From assembly GCA_973895155.1 (NCBI GenBank), contig OZ316895.1, forward strand, positions 12,593,929 through 12,657,928: 64,000 bases of DNA. Direction: 5' to 3'. The notes beneath the pieces were generated by a model that was given only the letters and a program-made list of their open reading frames with translations, made no database searches and was not told the DNA's origin. Of the stretch, positions 11,315-23,367 are shown piece by piece; within the stretch, counting starts at the first letter, position 1; the number at the start of each line of letters is the position of its first letter. A program made the position numbers and the translations under genes. This DNA comes from Marsupella aquatica. Taxonomy: Eukaryota > Plantae > Marchantiophyta.

Positions 11315-12456
11315 ATATATGCTTGATGGGCTCCCTTGTGAACCTTTCTTACCTGATGGGCCCCTAGGTAACTGTTTTTTATCAAGTAGGACCCCTCCTA
11401 ATGACCAGTACACCTGTTATAGTGTGGTGCCTACACCTGTCCTTGTGTGGTGCCTACTATGTACAATGACTCCAGAAAAACTGCATAGTTAGACCGTGTG
11501 GCCGACCCTACATGATTGACCGAGAAACCATGGAGATTAATCGGGAGAAACCGTGAAAAGTGACTGCCGCTGTCGAAACTGTGATTTGAAGACAATATGC
11601 ATTATGTCTTCTGATTCAAAATTTGACCGATCGCGTGGTAGTCATTAGGTTTGCTTGTATGGGTTTTTTTTGTGATTGTTGGACCGTGCGGGAGGCCACC
11701 AGGGCTGCATGGTCGAAGAACCATGTGGGAGAAACAAGTGAAACCGCGGAGATGATGAGGGAGAGCTGCGAAAAGTTGCCGCCGTTGCCCAAACTGTGAC
11801 TTGAATACAATATGGATTATGTCTTCGGGTTCAAATTTTTACCGTATCGCAGGGTAGTCATTAGGTATGTTTTTCACGCGTTGCACATGGGTTTTTCATG
11901 ATGTTTTCGTGCGCGACTGTTAGTGCGGGTACCTCCAAATGTCCACAAAGAATATTCAAGTTCAATCTTTGGAATTCGCCCACTGCCGCCATAACAAAAA
12001 TTGACAAATGATCGACAAATGCGCCCGAAATACGGTGATACTCCCATGTGCAATGCATACAAATAGTTTCAAAAGAAGACAGACCCGAAGGTGTCGGGGT
12101 ACACCCTAAACCTTAACCTTGAAACACGGGAAGACATAATCCATTGTGTCTTGAGGCATTAACCCATCGAATCCTCAGGTAATGGTATTGTTGCCCATTT
12201 TGATAAACAATGGTAGACTATGGCGACCCGCGTGGTCACTGTAGACTGCAACAACAAGTTTGGTGGACTGGGCCACATTGCACTAGGAGACAATGAGTGT
12301 GGTTAACTATACATAGTAGACACCACACAAGGACAGGTGTAGGCACCGCACAGGAACAAGTGTACTGGTCATTAAGAGGGGTCCTACTTGGTACAAAAAG
12401 TTACCAAGGGACCATCAGGTAAGAAAGGTTCACCATGGGGCCCATCAAGCATATAT
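11315..12456. mobile_element. non-autonomous DNA transposon / MITE with about 150-bp terminal inverted repeats
   Basis: ATATATGCTTGATGGG..GTGAACCTTTCTTACCTGATGG..GTGCCTACACCTGTCCTTGTGTGGTG on the left is mirrored at about 12310-12456; TA-rich flanks; internal about 215-bp direct duplication. Confidence 0.88.
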
Positions 12457-13735
12457 TCATATGTGACAAAACATTATGCTATTATTAACTTTTACCTCTT
12501 AGGTGTTCATTCACAATTATTGTCACCTAGGTACATTATTATTGTCTTGTTTGCATTGGTTACACTCATTTCTAACTTATGAAAGGTGTGAATAAATAAA
12601 CTATAACATAAATCGAATGGTGAGCCACACTTCCCACCAAATTTCATTTTGTCAACGGATCGATGGACAACTTTTTGGCGAGATTGAATATTATACTTGT
12701 AGATGTGCAGTCCAAAACCAGATGAGACAACATTTAATTTGTTTCTTTCTAGAGAATATTGATTGCTATTGAACCCCTTTTGTTTCTTCCTTGTGAAAAG
12801 AGGGTAGGTACTTGTGAACAGCATCTTTGAAAGGACTAACTTTTCTTTCTAAAGAATCATAGTGAGAATTTATTTTTAGTCGCGGTCATTTTTATAGTAG
12901 GCTTAGTAGAGGTCATTTTTAGTAGAGGTCATTTTTACCTTGTCATTTCTATCCACTAGTACGACTGTAGACCGTAGCCATATCGAGAAATCAGTTGAGG
13001 AGAACCTAGCTTCAGTCGGAAATCACCTCTCTCTCAGTCGAAGCCTCCACCCGTTGGTGCCGAATCTCGTATCAGCCAAGTCAATTGAAGTCTCGAGAAT
13101 GTTGGCGTTACTCATTTTGTACAAAGGAAGTAAGTGGGCAGACCACGTCCAGGAGGACCAGTACTGTATTAATGACGGACTTACAGGCCATGAGGCCAAG
13201 TTCCTCAAGCAATCACCACCTCATGATGTCCAGAGCACACACGCATCTCGCCCAGCCCACACACGAAAGCAGACCGGGTCCTCTCCGGGGAAGGGAAGCA
13301 AAGGAGGGTCCCGGTCAGAGAGGCTTGCTTCGTTCATTCACCACCCCGTGTCGGCTTCACGTGTTGACCTTGCCCAACGGGATTCTGTAGCAAGTACGCC
13401 GGCTGCCCAGGGAGCTTCCTGCAATGCATCAGTCAATGAGCCTCTCACCAGTCCCCTCGAGGACTATAAATGCTCCCAAAACGTACACTGATATTCAAAT
13501 CAATCAACGAATGCAACCGAAGTGAGACAGGCTGAACTTCACATTTGAGTGCTCACTGCCATCAATCGGACTTCATTTGCCTTGCGTACTGCTTTTTCGA
13601 GCACTGGAGCTAGCTGAGAGTGCAGCAACGTCCAACACTTGAATCCTGATCACGTTAGAGCGATCGAGCTAGCATCATCTTAGTAGAAACGTCTAGGCGG
13701 GAGCTCCACTACACTAGCTCAATCGATAGTCGACC

Positions 13736-14903
13736 ATGGCGAAATTTATGTTGATTCTGGGACTACTGGTGTCCACACTGATGGTCCACACTGCCGTTGC
13801 GAGTGATCCGGACTTGACCACCGATTTCAATGTCACCAACCCGACTGCGGCCGATTTCACCTTCACCGGATTCCGGAACCCTCAGACACTAGGCCAGGGA
13901 GTGGCAGCGCCAATGGGCGCCACTATTCGAGGACTCAGCGGGCTCGGCCTTGCAGCTGTGCTGTTCGAGTTCGGCCCACAGTCACAGATTGATCCCCACA
14001 CTCATCCTCGCGCAACTGAAGTGTTCTACGTGCTTTCAGGTACTTTCCACTGAATAGGCATGAACTTATGTGCTTGTCAATTTAAGCTGGATCAGTGGCT
14101 TCCACTGATGCAGCTCAGTTTCATTATCATCGTTCAGCACTTTTATATAAATACTGTGATGAACTTGGGGTGTCGTTGTGCCACAAAAAAAACACTATTA
14201 GCCTTCGTAAACAGCTGTACAGAATTTTGATTTGTTTCTGAGATTGATGAATGTAATGAGCCTGAATGAACGACGAGTTGCGGTATCGTCGGCAAAGAAA
14301 ATATCAAAATGTGATGTGTAATCTTAATGTTCGGCGTAAAGAATAGAACTCAAAACTAGTTCGCCAATTTATTTTGGGTCATTGAAAACTTCGGCATGAT
14401 CCCCTACGTAGCATCTTGAGGTCGTTAGACTCAACTCTGGTTAAGATATCACCTAATTTAACGAAGTTGTAATTTGTCTCCAATAAGGTGAATCCAATGT
14501 AGGTGAATGTCATTAAAGTGAATGCAAAACGCATAAAGAATAGGCATGAAGAAGAGAACGATGCTTACGTTGTATGTTAATTGCAGGGTCGTTGGACGTC
14601 GGATTTGTGGACACCGCCAACGAGCTGTTCGAGACTACGGTGCAGACGGGCGATATCTTTGTGTTTCCCAAGGGATTGTTGCACTGGCAGCGCAATAACG
14701 GTCAGGGAACAGCTTCAGGCTACTCGGTGCTCTCCAGTGAGAACCCCGGCACTCTCCTCATTGCTAAAGCTTTGTTCACCGCCGGTGGCAAAGGGCTCCC
14801 CGACAATGTCCTCGGCACTGCCTTCGGTATCAACGACAACCAGGGAATAGACAGCGTCAAGAAGTCCGTTGCGCAGAAAAACAATGTGACCCTAACTTGG
14901 TAG
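13736..14903 (+). CDS. GLP: germin-like protein 1 (cupin), 206 aa, 2 exons
   Basis: Exons 13736-14039 and 14587-14903, phase-1 GT..AG intron. Signal peptide, SDPDLTTDF, PHTHPRATE, GDIFVFPKGLLHWQ, SSENPG. TATA-like CTATAAAT near 13464. Confidence 0.95.
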
Positions 14904-15899
14904 AGCGATGAACCTGATCATGGTACATTGGCAATTGAGCAGAGGAGTGAAGCTGTATTGAAGCGCACTTTGTACAAACATGAGGTCATGCATGTGGTTT
15001 AGGGTTTAGCGTAGCCTGAGACAATCTGCTTGTCTTCATAATTTGATACGGGAAGCATCTAGCACGCTTCCACTCATAGAAAAAATATTTCTGCCTGGTT
15101 GTTGGCAGCAGGCAGAAGTCCCCACCTCGATCATTGACATTATTTGTTGTTTTGAGAGCTTTTATAAAGATGTGATTTATCTTGATGTTATACGTCAAAC
15201 AGTAATTACTGATGTATGGAGCGCATGAAGCATTGTAGCGGACTAGCAAAGAGTAAATAATGATGTATCGATCGTATGAATCTTTGGAGTGGATCCTTCC
15301 AATGCATTGTGGAAATCCTTCACTCTTTGGAGGACATACATTGTTTCCATGGTTGTCACAGTGACTTCCCTGGCTTCAAGTTCTCACTGCTGAACTCAAG
15401 TCTATGGCAAAGGAAGGGAAACACTCTGTTGCTAATTTTGGAACTCCAATAAAAGAATGTTAAGAACTACCTTAAAAAGTGCATCGACCAGGCCTTGAAT
15501 TAGAATCATGCCAAAGTGCGCAAACGAACACAAACTAACTTTTCTGCGCAATATGTTGATCAGCAAATATGTACTTTACAGACAGAAAGAAAAAGCCAGA
15601 AGTAGGGTGACTTTTGCCACCATTACCAGACCCAAGAGATTTGGCAGGCTCGCTGCACAATTTAGAGCGCTCTCTGGTAACGTCATTGTTTAGGCTTGAG
15701 CAGAAGATGACCAACCTCTGCAACGCATTCTGCAGGACAAGATAAAACGACTATCGAGCCAGATACGGAGATAGGAAAATTTCTCCCAATTTCTCACATT
15801 ACCACAGGATAACTCATAGGTTGGAATGAAATCAAAAAATATTTGAGACCTTCAGCTCCTGGCCATCTTGAGGGGTGTCATGAACTCCCCCTGTGGTGA

Positions 15900-16800
15900 C
15901 CGCACCTCAAGCATCTCAATCTCAATCTCAATCTCAATCAGGCTAAATGCTCCAGCAATCCAAAAAAGGAAAATCAGGAGAGCTGGTATAATGTTTATGA
16001 AGGATGTGCTTAATGGTGATGGTGAATAATGTGCTTAATGGTGATGACCGAAAAGGTGTTACTTGGTAGTAATTCAACGCGGAGGATCCCGGCCTTTATG
16101 GAAGTTGTGATATCTGGTTACAATACTAGTGGAAAGATGACAACCACATTGATGAAGACTTTGCACAGCCCTCTTCGAGAGATACAATTGCCCTTACGAA
16201 CGACTAGTATGCACAAAGCAGTGAGAAATAGGCACCTCAGTTGAACTGGCCACGATCTGTGGGTGCTGTGGTCCCCCACCACCTGGCTACCAATCCGGGC
16301 GGAAATTGAAAATTGCTTGCTTTAGCAACTAATCTATAGGATTTCAGTCATAGAGGGAGGGTCCTTGAATTCCTACCGTCAGACCCCCTCACATGGTGAA
16401 CTCGTTTCGACCTGAACTAGAAGGAAGATCTGGTGCATTGCATTTGGAGATGCCACATTTCAAGGAAGATCTGGCTATGGGTGCGGTCCATCCTACAGCT
16501 CGTCACCTTCACCAGGAGTAAGTAACACAATACAATTGCAACCTCTCACATTTTTGTTGGTGCCCCTCTACCCGCCAAGCGGGACATTCCCGAGAAACTC
16601 TGGCACACTTTCAGAGCAATTGTCTGCTCAAACATCTACGAAGATAGGAGCCCACATTTTATCAAGCACACAGAATTGAACCTACACAGTGAATAAAAGA
16701 TCCTAGCACCCGCTAAGGAATTTACTAGACCCGTTACAGATTCCAAGTCCAAGCTCGGGATTCCAGTTTGGGTGACACCTTCAATGACATATTTTTTGAT
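15900..16800 (-). mobile_element. possible highly decayed LINE ORF1 remnant
   Basis: Minus-strand fragments such as LDKMWAPIF and a Cys-rich patch resemble DUF4283/zinc knuckle; no continuous ORF. Confidence 0.25.
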
Positions 16801-17004
16801 TCTGGCACCTGCAAGGGATTACGGGAAACTCGTGCACTGGCCAGATCCTTCAGGTTCCTCCTTCCCATCTACCATTAAGAGTTCCCCGTTCAGGAGTTTA
16901 GGCTGCAGTGCAGATCTTAACAACAAAATTGAACTTCTGTCTCGGACCCAATCATGTGAGTTGAACTTCTGTCTTGGACCCAATGTGAGGTACCCTGCTG
17001 TTTC

Positions 17005-17260
17005 TAATCATTTGCCATTCTTAGATCATTTGCCATTTGCCATTCTAAAATCATTGGGCAAAATTCTAAAATCATTTTAGAATTCTGCCAAACTTTGCCA
17101 TTTTCAATACTAAAATCAAAAATAAATAAATATAATCCTAAAATCCTAAAATCGCTTTAGAAGACAAAATTGGCCATTCTACAATCATTTTAGAAGACAA
17201 AATTTGCCATTCTAAAGCCATTTGCCGGTCTTACAGATTATGCCATTAGAGTATGCCATT
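17005..17260. repeat. short tandem or clustered repeats TTTGCCATTCT / AATCATTT
   Basis: About 8 copies visible. Confidence 0.7.
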
Positions 17261-18096
17261 CTACCTAGAGTAGTTAAGGGCCCATGGGCTTCCATTCAGT
17301 TTTTGGTTCACTCCTACCCTGACACATAACCATTTTTTTTGAGTATTTTATCTCATGAAAAAGAACTGTATAAATATAAGGTTTGCGAGTTTAATATTTT
17401 TGGCAGCACACTAGCTGGGTATTCACAAAGCTATCAGACACAAAATAATTTAAGTTTTATCCATGTTTGACAATCTTAATATAATGCTAACCAAGGCAGG
17501 TCACTATCCCTTTATGGGAGACGAGCCCTATGCCCATGCGTTCAAAGATTAATTTAGAATATTTGACAATGAATATCCCTAGCACCTTCTATTTTACACA
17601 AGGAAAACAAATCTTGAAAATTACACGGCCACTATGTAGTAATCCACTAATCCTGGTCACTCAGATCAGAATCATTTGAACCTAATATTAAACACCTTGG
17701 ATTTTGTCTCTTACCTTAGATGCTTCCAACAACAAACAAAAACATTCATGAACCTGCTAAAGGACCAAAAAGCCACTGTAGTGATTGAGAGGGGAGACCC
17801 CACCCCGGCCCTTTTTTGGTTGCTAGTGTAGAAAGGTTATAGATGGACATGTGGAGGTCGTTAAATTACGCCTCCAAACGAGGATTAATTCTACCCTCGC
17901 GGTGGCTTTACAAGAGGTCGCGACACTTGTGGACTTTGCATTGCTTCTAATAAAGTTCATTAAATGCAAATCTCTTGAACTGAAGGAGCCAAAGTTGGAA
18001 TGTTCGGAATTTCGGATCCTAGTGAGGTGAGTTGTCGTTCTGTTGTTGCAGCTTTGTTTTAACGTGCCCTACATAACATGCAGGTTTTGTAGTATT

Positions 18097-18335
18097 AAAA
18101 TTTTGAAATCATTTGCCCTTTTCTGTTGTGAAATTTTCTTGTCTTTGAGGTTTTCTTATCTCTATATTTTCTTTCCAAGATTCTCCATCCTAGTGGGCCA
18201 TCCTGGCACTACGTTATATATTTTGAAAATTTGAAATCATTTTGCGCTTCTCTATTGTGTAACTTTTCTTGTCTTTGGTTTTTTTCATCTCTATATATAA
18301 TTTCAAGATTTTCCATCCTGGCACTACGATATATA
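18097..18335. repeat. about 128-bp diverged tandem duplication
   Basis: AAAATTTGAAATCATTT..TTTTCTTGTCTTTG..CAAGATT..CCATCCTGGCACTACG occurs twice. Confidence 0.75.
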
Positions 18336-18734
18336 TTTATAATTAAATAAATATAAATATAATTTTGTTTACAGTGGCAATCATGTGGGTCCAAGTAACT
18401 GCACATCAAACTATGACATATAGTGTAGGATATCTTTCCATACCATGATAGATTTTGTTATTTTATTTAAATCAATGAGTGCACACTATATTTTACTACA
18501 TTTTGATGTATGATTATTGGCAGGGCAATCATGCTATCTCTTACCATGAGTGTGAGAAAGAAGTTACAGTTGCTAAGGACGTCCTTCCAAAAGAAGTAGG
18601 CCCCTTATGTTCCTCGTGTAAATTGACTGATGACTTTCCACAGTGCATGATGGGGATGGACACAACAAACCCTTGGTCCATCCTGGGTTAATATTCCCCT
18701 GGGCCTTTGTCACAAATATCAATAATTATTAATA

Positions 18735-19350
18735 CATGAGTTCAATCCCTGTGTGTTGCACATAACATGTTTTTCCGTAAACAAGTTGTTGCATTAAAGA
18801 TGTCATTAAGTAAAGATATAATTGCATTAAAAACTGCTGTTAGGTAAAATGTGTGGTTGCTCAAAAGATGTCATCAAGTAAAAGTGTCATTGCTCAAAGA
18901 TATAGTTTACTAAACGTGGACTAAAACATATCATTTGGTGAAAGATGTCAATGCGTAATATATTGATGACGTTGTGCTAAAGATGTACTTGAGAAAAATA
19001 TCATGGTGCAAAAGATATCTTGCACACTCTAGCCCCCCTAGAAGACATTCCTGTCCCACTTGCTGATTTGGTTAGGACATTGGATGTGACCCATTAGCTC
19101 TTGTCACATTTTCCAATGTGGACACTAGTTGTTGAGTTTGGTCCCATGCAGTGTTTGACACTTTTCTTGTAGTATTCGTCATTTTTTAGGTTTACACTTG
19201 CTTTTCTTTTTTCTGGTTAAGAGTTTGTCCTCTTTGGAACTCTTTCTCTTACATTTCAATGTACTTTGTTTTTCTCCAATTCATAAATTCTGGTGCACTT
19301 TCACTTCTTACTGCTTATAAAATGTCATTGAGTGAAAGATGTCAAGATAC
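18735..19350 (-). mobile_element. degenerate minisatellite-Helitron remnant
   Basis: CCCTGTGTGTTGCACA hairpin remnant followed by AAAGATGTCA-type units like those at 27380-28080. Confidence 0.55.
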
Positions 19351-19597
19351 AAAATAGAGACGACAACACCACCAAAGTAGACATACTAACTAAGTGAGAA
19401 TGTTTTTTTAATTTAATCATTTTCCTTTTTCCTCTCAAACCGTAACACGGCCTCTCCTTTTTTCCCTGTTTTCAGTATTTTTGTCTTCTCTTTCTCTCAT
19501 TGATTACATCGTGCACCACTTTATTGGCTTTGTAATATTTACTATTAAACTGTTGCTATTCTTACTATCGTGCTACACTGTAGCATTTCCAATGCCT

Positions 19598-19710
19598 CGA
19601 TAGTGGACCGAGGAACACTTACTATGCATCGATGGTAGAAGGAAGAACACTTACTATTCATGGATGGTAGAGGGAGGAACACTTGGTATGCATGGATGGT
19701 ATAGGGAAGA
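19598..19710. repeat. about 30-bp tandem repeat, 3-4 units (GATGGTAGAGGGAGGAACACTTACTATGCAT)
   Basis: Directly visible. Confidence 0.75.
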
Positions 19711-19869
19711 CTTGAAAAATCACTTTTTCTTCTTGCTTTGAAAATAGTGCATTCACTTTTTCATTCACTCTAACCAAATAGAATACTCTTTGGGGGTTTC
19801 TTCCTTCACTTTTTCCAGTTTTGTTTGTTTTCACCCAAAATGTTGCTTTGAAAGATTTGAATGATCTCA

Positions 19870-20265
19870 TATGTTGCCTGCTTTCTATAGAGGGAGTCTG
19901 TTGCGCTTCAACTGGCCCAAGCTTTCACTCTCCTTCATAGGGCTCCCTCATAAGGCTGAGGCAGCTGATTTTAGTGACTCTAGAGAGATTCCACTCGGTG
20001 ATCCTCTTACACAGTTTACTCCAGAACTCTATCCTGGTGATAGGTTTTTTGGTTTCCTTGTTGTCCCTTAGTTTCTTGTCACTGTTTTTCTGTCAGTGGA
20101 TGTTTTTGGTTTTCTTTGGGGCTTCCTCCCCCCTTTTATTGGGTTGTTGTGCCCCCCGGTGTGCCCCTAGGACCATGTCTCCTGGTTTAGCGTTTCTGCC
20201 CTTAGTTTGCCTCGATTGGTGATATATACTACCACTGTTCTGCCCTTTGCCTTGGTGATATATAC
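19870..20265 (+). mobile_element. 5'-truncated copy of CRE-type non-LTR retrotransposon (3' end)
   Basis: GGCCCAAGCTTTCAC..GCTGAGGCAG..GGACCATGTCTCC..TGATATATA matches 56530-56830. Confidence 0.7.
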
Positions 20266-20399
20266 TACCACTGTAAAAAGTGGCACTGTAACGTTGTCTT
20301 GTACATTTTAATATAATTATGGTGATTTCCAAGAATATAGTTTTTTAACTCATTAGTTTCATCAACGCATCCTCATACCGCTCAGAATTTTTTTTCCAA

Positions 20400-21250
20400 C
20401 CCAGACATTCACCCTCCTTTGTAGGGCTGAAGCATGTGGTTTTAGGGCCTCCGGGCAGGTTCCGCTTCGTGACCCTCATTTGCAGTTTGCTCCAAAGCTC
20501 TACCAGACCTGTCAGTTATCCACTCACTAGGTGTTAGCTTTCATTCACTTCTACGAGTAATGTGTTCAGTATTTAAGACTGTTATGTAGCTCCTTTGGAT
20601 TGTAGTGATTATTGACCGGAAACTGGAACAGCCAGTTCCCATCTAGAATCAAAAAGAGTTTGTGTGTTACTAGAAACGTCTGAACCCCACTTTTGGGGGA
20701 TTATGTGTGTAAGCTCTTTTTGAATCAAACTCAACTTATGACTGTAATAAGAGGCGTCTGAACCCCACTTTTGGGGTGGGTGAATGTTAAAAAGTTCACA
20801 GTAAAATTCAAACCCAACACCTGAGAGTTCCCACTCTTCTGAGTTAACCGGTAGCCCATGGACTGTCGATGCACAGAAGCGCATTCTTTATGTATTTGTT
20901 TTGAGTCTGCAGGCAACTACCGGCAGCTACCGGCTAACGGAGGAGGCGCAATGCGACACCGTTTAATGCGAAACTCGTGATTTATAGAAGGAAATTAGCT
21001 TTCACCCTCATTTGCAGTTTGCTCCAAAGCTCTACCAGACCTGTCAGTTATCCACTCACTAGGGTGTTAGCTTTCACAGCTCCTTTGTAGGTTATTTTTA
21101 TCCTTGTTCCTTTTGTTGGCTATTGGTTGGGACCCCTTGGCTTATTTTTCTTGGGCCCCTTTTCCCTCTTTTCCTCCCTGGGTTGCTTTGCCTTTGGGAT
21201 CATGTCTCCCCATTAGGCCTTTTCTGCCTTTGTGCACTCTGATATATATA
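20400..21250 (+). mobile_element. second 5'-truncated CRE-type copy, interrupted by an internal insertion with a 72-bp duplication
   Basis: CCTTTGTAGGGCTGA..GGTTTTAGGGCCTCC.GGCAGGTTC matches 56551-56600; 21110-21250 matches 56695-56830, ending GCACTCTGATATATA. Confidence 0.75.
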
Positions 21251-22273
21251 ATTGAAGAGATGATTCTGTTTCTTCAATGTTATGAACTATAGATATATCA
21301 ACATAGTGCGCTTGTAAGTAGTTATTGTTTTATTTAAAACGTTTTTTTTTGGCTTGTATTGACCTCATGCATGAAGGTGGGTACGTTCAGGCCAATGGGT
21401 TACTTAGCATACAGACTTGCGAATGAACACAGCCAGCCAGCCGGGAGGCGAGAGCCTCAACCGAAAAAGTAGCTTGTATTGTAGAGCAAGCAAAATCCCG
21501 AAGCTATGTATTACAATGTCGCGAACATCTTAATTGAAGGCCCTCTAGATTCACTTCAATCCGAGGTGTCTCACTAGGAGTCCTTTACAGTTCTTCGAGG
21601 GCAAATCTTATATAGGTGGCACACAAGTTGGAAATGGCTTATTATCGCGAGTCTGCAGTTCTAGCTCCAGAGACATAATTAGGCAGTCACTCAGTCTTCT
21701 CGAATGCTTAAATTCAACTCGACAGTCACAGCGCGATCCAACGATACAGGTTTACAACTGTCTGCCCAAAAAAGCACACTAGCTTAACACCAGCTAGGGC
21801 TGTGACTGTTTTTTCCATTCATATGTATGCAAGCCATGCCGTTTCTGACTCATGGAAATCGATCGAAAGGTACCATATATTTATGACAGTTCTTGAGATA
21901 AACAATTTCCAAATGTCGTGGAATTTAACCCCAGCCAACGGCTAGGAAGAATGAATGGAAGCATGGATCCAGGCTTGGAGATAAAGTGACGGAAATCTGT
22001 AAAGTATCTCACTCTACCTGACAGAAGCCCTATGCAACCTGGCCTAAATTCGTACCTACAATGGCTCATTAACCTACTGGAGAAAGAGATTTCACTGTAA
22101 ATTGAGGCTACAGTGAATCGATGTAAGCATATTGTAGTGCCCAGGAGCTTTTAGAAAGCACTTGCAATGAGCAACCTCACTGCGCAATGGCCCCTGTGAG
22201 CGGGTCCCTGGAGAAATGGTCTTGATAGGAGCGTCTTCAATTCGTTTCATTATCGATCATGGATCGGATAACC

Positions 22274-23367
22274 CTACAAAGTCAAAGTCAAATTGTTCCT
22301 CTGGGCAACGGACTGCTTGACGCTGTCTATTTGCTGGTTGTTGGCGTTGATGCCGAAGGCAGTGCTGAGGACAATGTCGGGGAGACCTTTGTGACCGGCG
22401 GTGAACAGAGCTTCGGCAATGAGGAGAGTTCCGGGGTTCTCACTGGAGAGCCCCGAGAAGCCTGAAGCTGTTCCCTTGCCATTGTTGCGCTGCCAGTGCA
22501 ACGTACCCTTGGGAAATACAAAGATATCGCCCGTCTGTACCGTTGTCTCGAACAGCTCGTTGGCGGTGTCCACAAATCCCACGTCCAATGATCCTGCAAT
22601 TCAATTTCAACATAAGAATCGGAAATCGTTCTCTTCTTCACGCTTCTTCTTTATGAGTTCTGAATTCACTCAAATTACATTCACTTTAATTAGATTCACT
22701 TTATTGGACGACACATCACAACTTCGTCTACATTTGGTGATATCTTTTTTTTGCCTCGAAAAAACCAAAAGAATTTGGTGATATCGTGACCAGAATTCAA
22801 TCAAACGAAGTCCATATGGTATGTACGGGATCATGCAGAAGTTTCCAATGACCCAGAACTAATGGGCGAAGAAGTTTGACTACAAGTTAAACAGAAGTGG
22901 TCCGCACGATACTCTACACGATCAGCTGGTTTAGACGATTTATCATGCACACGGCTGGGATTGCTGTTACGTTCGTGTACCAGCATATCCTTCCGTCATT
23001 AGGACAGAACTAGCTCACTCAAGGAGGAACCGGAATTCAGTTGCAATTTTTTAAGTTCTGTACCTGAAAGCACGTAGAACACTTCGGTTGCGCGAGGGTG
23101 AGTATGGGGATCAATCTGCGACTCTGGGCCGAACTCGAACAGCACAGCAGCAAGGCCCAGCCCGCTGAGCCCTGGGATAGTGGCGGGCGTGGGCGCTGCC
23201 TTTCCTTGGCCAAGCGGCTGAGGGTTGCGGAACCCGGTGAAAGTGAAATCAGCCACAGTTGGGTTGGTCACGTTGAAATCGGTGGTCAGGTCCGGATCAC
23301 TGGCAAGAACTATCTGGGCCGCAACTGCCGCCAGCAGCAATCCCAGAAACACCAGCGATTTGGCCAT
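22274..23367 (-). CDS. GLP: germin-like protein 2, 207 aa, 2 exons
   Basis: Exons 23367-23064 and 22593-22274; same intron position and motifs as GLP1; TATA-like run near 23602-23609. Confidence 0.95.

Noticed and set aside
12940-13491. 183-aa ORF upstream of GLP1
   Set aside because: Non-ATG start, no domain, and it overlaps the GLP1 promoter/TATA region.
20602-20700. Possible C/D-box snoRNA (GTGATTA ... CTGA)
   Set aside because: Imperfect C box, no terminal stem, and no recognisable rRNA guide by eye.
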